Part shown: in pieces, positions 37,203 through 38,438 of the stretch
Layout of the letters: each line of letters begins with the position of its first letter
How positions within the stretch are numbered: the first letter of the stretch is position 1
From: a virus
Lineage: Duplodnaviria > Heunggongvirae > Uroviricota > Caudoviricetes
Direction: 5' to 3' (one strand)
DNA: 38,438 nt
Virus record (IMG/VR): IMGVR_UViG_2648501437_000025
Notes under the pieces: generated by a model
Told to the model about the DNA's origin: nothing
Seen by the model: the letters and a program-made list of their open reading frames with translations, nothing else
Databases searched by the model: none
Program-made: the position numbers and the translations under genes

Positions 37203-38438
37203 ATGTCTAAATTACCAACAGGTGTCGAGATTAGAGGTAGATACATTCGCATCTGGTTCATGTTTCGAGGAAAACGATGTCGGGAAACATTAAAAGGCTG
37301 GGAGATTACAAACAGTAATATTAAAAAGGCCGGAAATTTAAGAGCGCTGATAGTTCATGAAATAAACTCCGGTGAATTTGAGTATTTAAGACGTTTTCCC
37401 CAGTCCAGCACTGGGGCAAAAATGGTGACAACGAGAGTCATAAAAACGTTCGGAGAGCTTTGTGATATCTGGACAAAAATTAAAGAGACAGAGTTAACAA
37501 AAAACACAATGAAGAAAACGAAATCACAATTAAAAACACTCAGAATAATAATTTGTGAAAGTACCCCGATATCACATATTCGTTATAGCGATATCTTAAA
37601 CTACCGGAATGAACTGCTGCATGGAGAAACGCTTTACCTGGATAATCCAAGATCCAACAAAAAAGGAAGAACCGTGCGCACAGTTGATAACTATATCGCC
37701 CTGCTCTGTTCGCTGTTGCGTTTTGCGTATCAGTCGGGATTTATATCAACCAAACCATTTGAAGGAGTAAAAAAATTACAGCGAAACAGAATAAAGCCTG
37801 ATCCGTTATCTAAAACAGAATTCAATGCATTAATGGAAAGTGAAAAAGGACAGAGCCAGAACTTGTGGAAATTTGCCGTTTACTCAGGACTTCGTCACGG
37901 GGAACTGGCAGCTCTGGCGTGGGAGGATGTGGATCTCGAAAAGGGAATAGTGAATGTCAGAAGAAACCTGACGATACTTGATATGTTCGGTCCCCCAAAA
38001 ACAAATGCCGGGATCCGAACAGTAACACTACTGCAGCCTGCTCTTGAAGCACTGAAGGAGCAATACAAACTGACCGGGCATCATCGCAAAAGCGAAATCA
38101 CCTTTTATCATCGGGAGTACGGCAGAACCGAAAAGCAAAAACTGCATTTTGTTTTCATGCCCAGGGTGTGTAACGGAAAACAAAAACCTTATTACTCGGT
38201 AAGCAGTTTGGGGGCAAGGTGGAATGCAGCAGTAAAACGTGCTGGTATTCGCCGCCGTAATCCGTACCATACGCGGCATACTTTTGCCTGCTGGCTGTTG
38301 ACGGCAGGAGCGAACCCGGCATTTATAGCCAGCCAAATGGGGCATGAAACTGCGCAGATGGTGTATGAAATTTACGGTATGTGGATTGATGACATGAACG
38401 ACGAACAGATAGCCATGTTGAATGCGCGGTTATCGTAG
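37203..38438 (+). CDS. intR: Tyrosine integrase (lambda Int family)
   Basis: 411-aa ORF with C-terminal catalytic region (...RHTFACWLLTAGANPAFIASQMGHETAQMVYEIYGMW...); stop codon is the last triplet of the window. Confidence 0.9.
   Translation: MSKLPTGVEIRGRYIRIWFMFRGKRCRETLKGWEITNSNIKKAGNLRALIVHEINSGEFEYLRRFPQSSTGAKMVTTRVIKTFGELCDIWTKIKETELTKNTMKKTKSQLKTLRIIICESTPISHIRYSDILNYRNELLHGETLYLDNPRSNKKGRTVRTVDNYIALLCSLLRFAYQSGFISTKPFEGVKKLQRNRIKPDPLSKTEFNALMESEKGQSQNLWKFAVYSGLRHGELAALAWEDVDLEKGIVNVRRNLTILDMFGPPKTNAGIRTVTLLQPALEALKEQYKLTGHHRKSEITFYHREYGRTEKQKLHFVFMPRVCNGKQKPYYSVSSLGARWNAAVKRAGIRRRNPYHTRHTFACWLLTAGANPAFIASQMGHETAQMVYEIYGMWIDDMNDEQIAMLNARLS

Overview
The window is almost entirely one lambdoid prophage of the enterobacterial Rac type, apparently an intact relative of the cryptic E. 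coli K-12 Rac element; both ends lie outside the window. Left to right: a minus-strand siphovirus morphogenesis block (tape measure truncated at position 1, tail chaperone with a -1 frameshift, major tail, head-tail joining genes, major capsid, scaffold, Mu-F-like head protein, portal, terminase), then a coupled ParB-like/GT-A-like gene pair, a trkG potassium-transporter moron, a phage-21-type lysis cassette (pinholin, SAR endolysin, Rz/Rz1), a long non-coding leader, three tRNA genes (Arg-TCG, Thr-TGT, Gly-TCC), a Q-like antiterminator and a long nin region. The nin region carries three terminator-bounded morons: a Doc toxin cassette, a hok/mok/sok locus and an AT-rich two-gene island. Further right are replication genes (YdaU-like, DnaC-like), the immunity switch (Cro-like/YdaT-like versus an XRE repressor with TTGTGTT operator repeats), and a plus-strand early-left operon (ydaG, ydaF, kilR, ydaE, racC, recE, a RecT/Redbeta-family annealing protein, ralR, ydaC, xis, int), with sieB on the opposite strand. 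The best candidate for an undescribed system is the AT-rich island at 21950-23174: a 98-aa protein followed by a protein whose His/Cys motifs match clan CD (legumain/caspase-like) peptidases. Secondary candidates are the translationally coupled ParB-like/GT-A-like pair, two paralogous zinc-ribbon/coiled-coil proteins (one coupled to a 27-aa hydrophobic micro-ORF), and two small acidic proteins. All calls rest on reading the sequence and ORF translations and on remembered family features; no database search was run.
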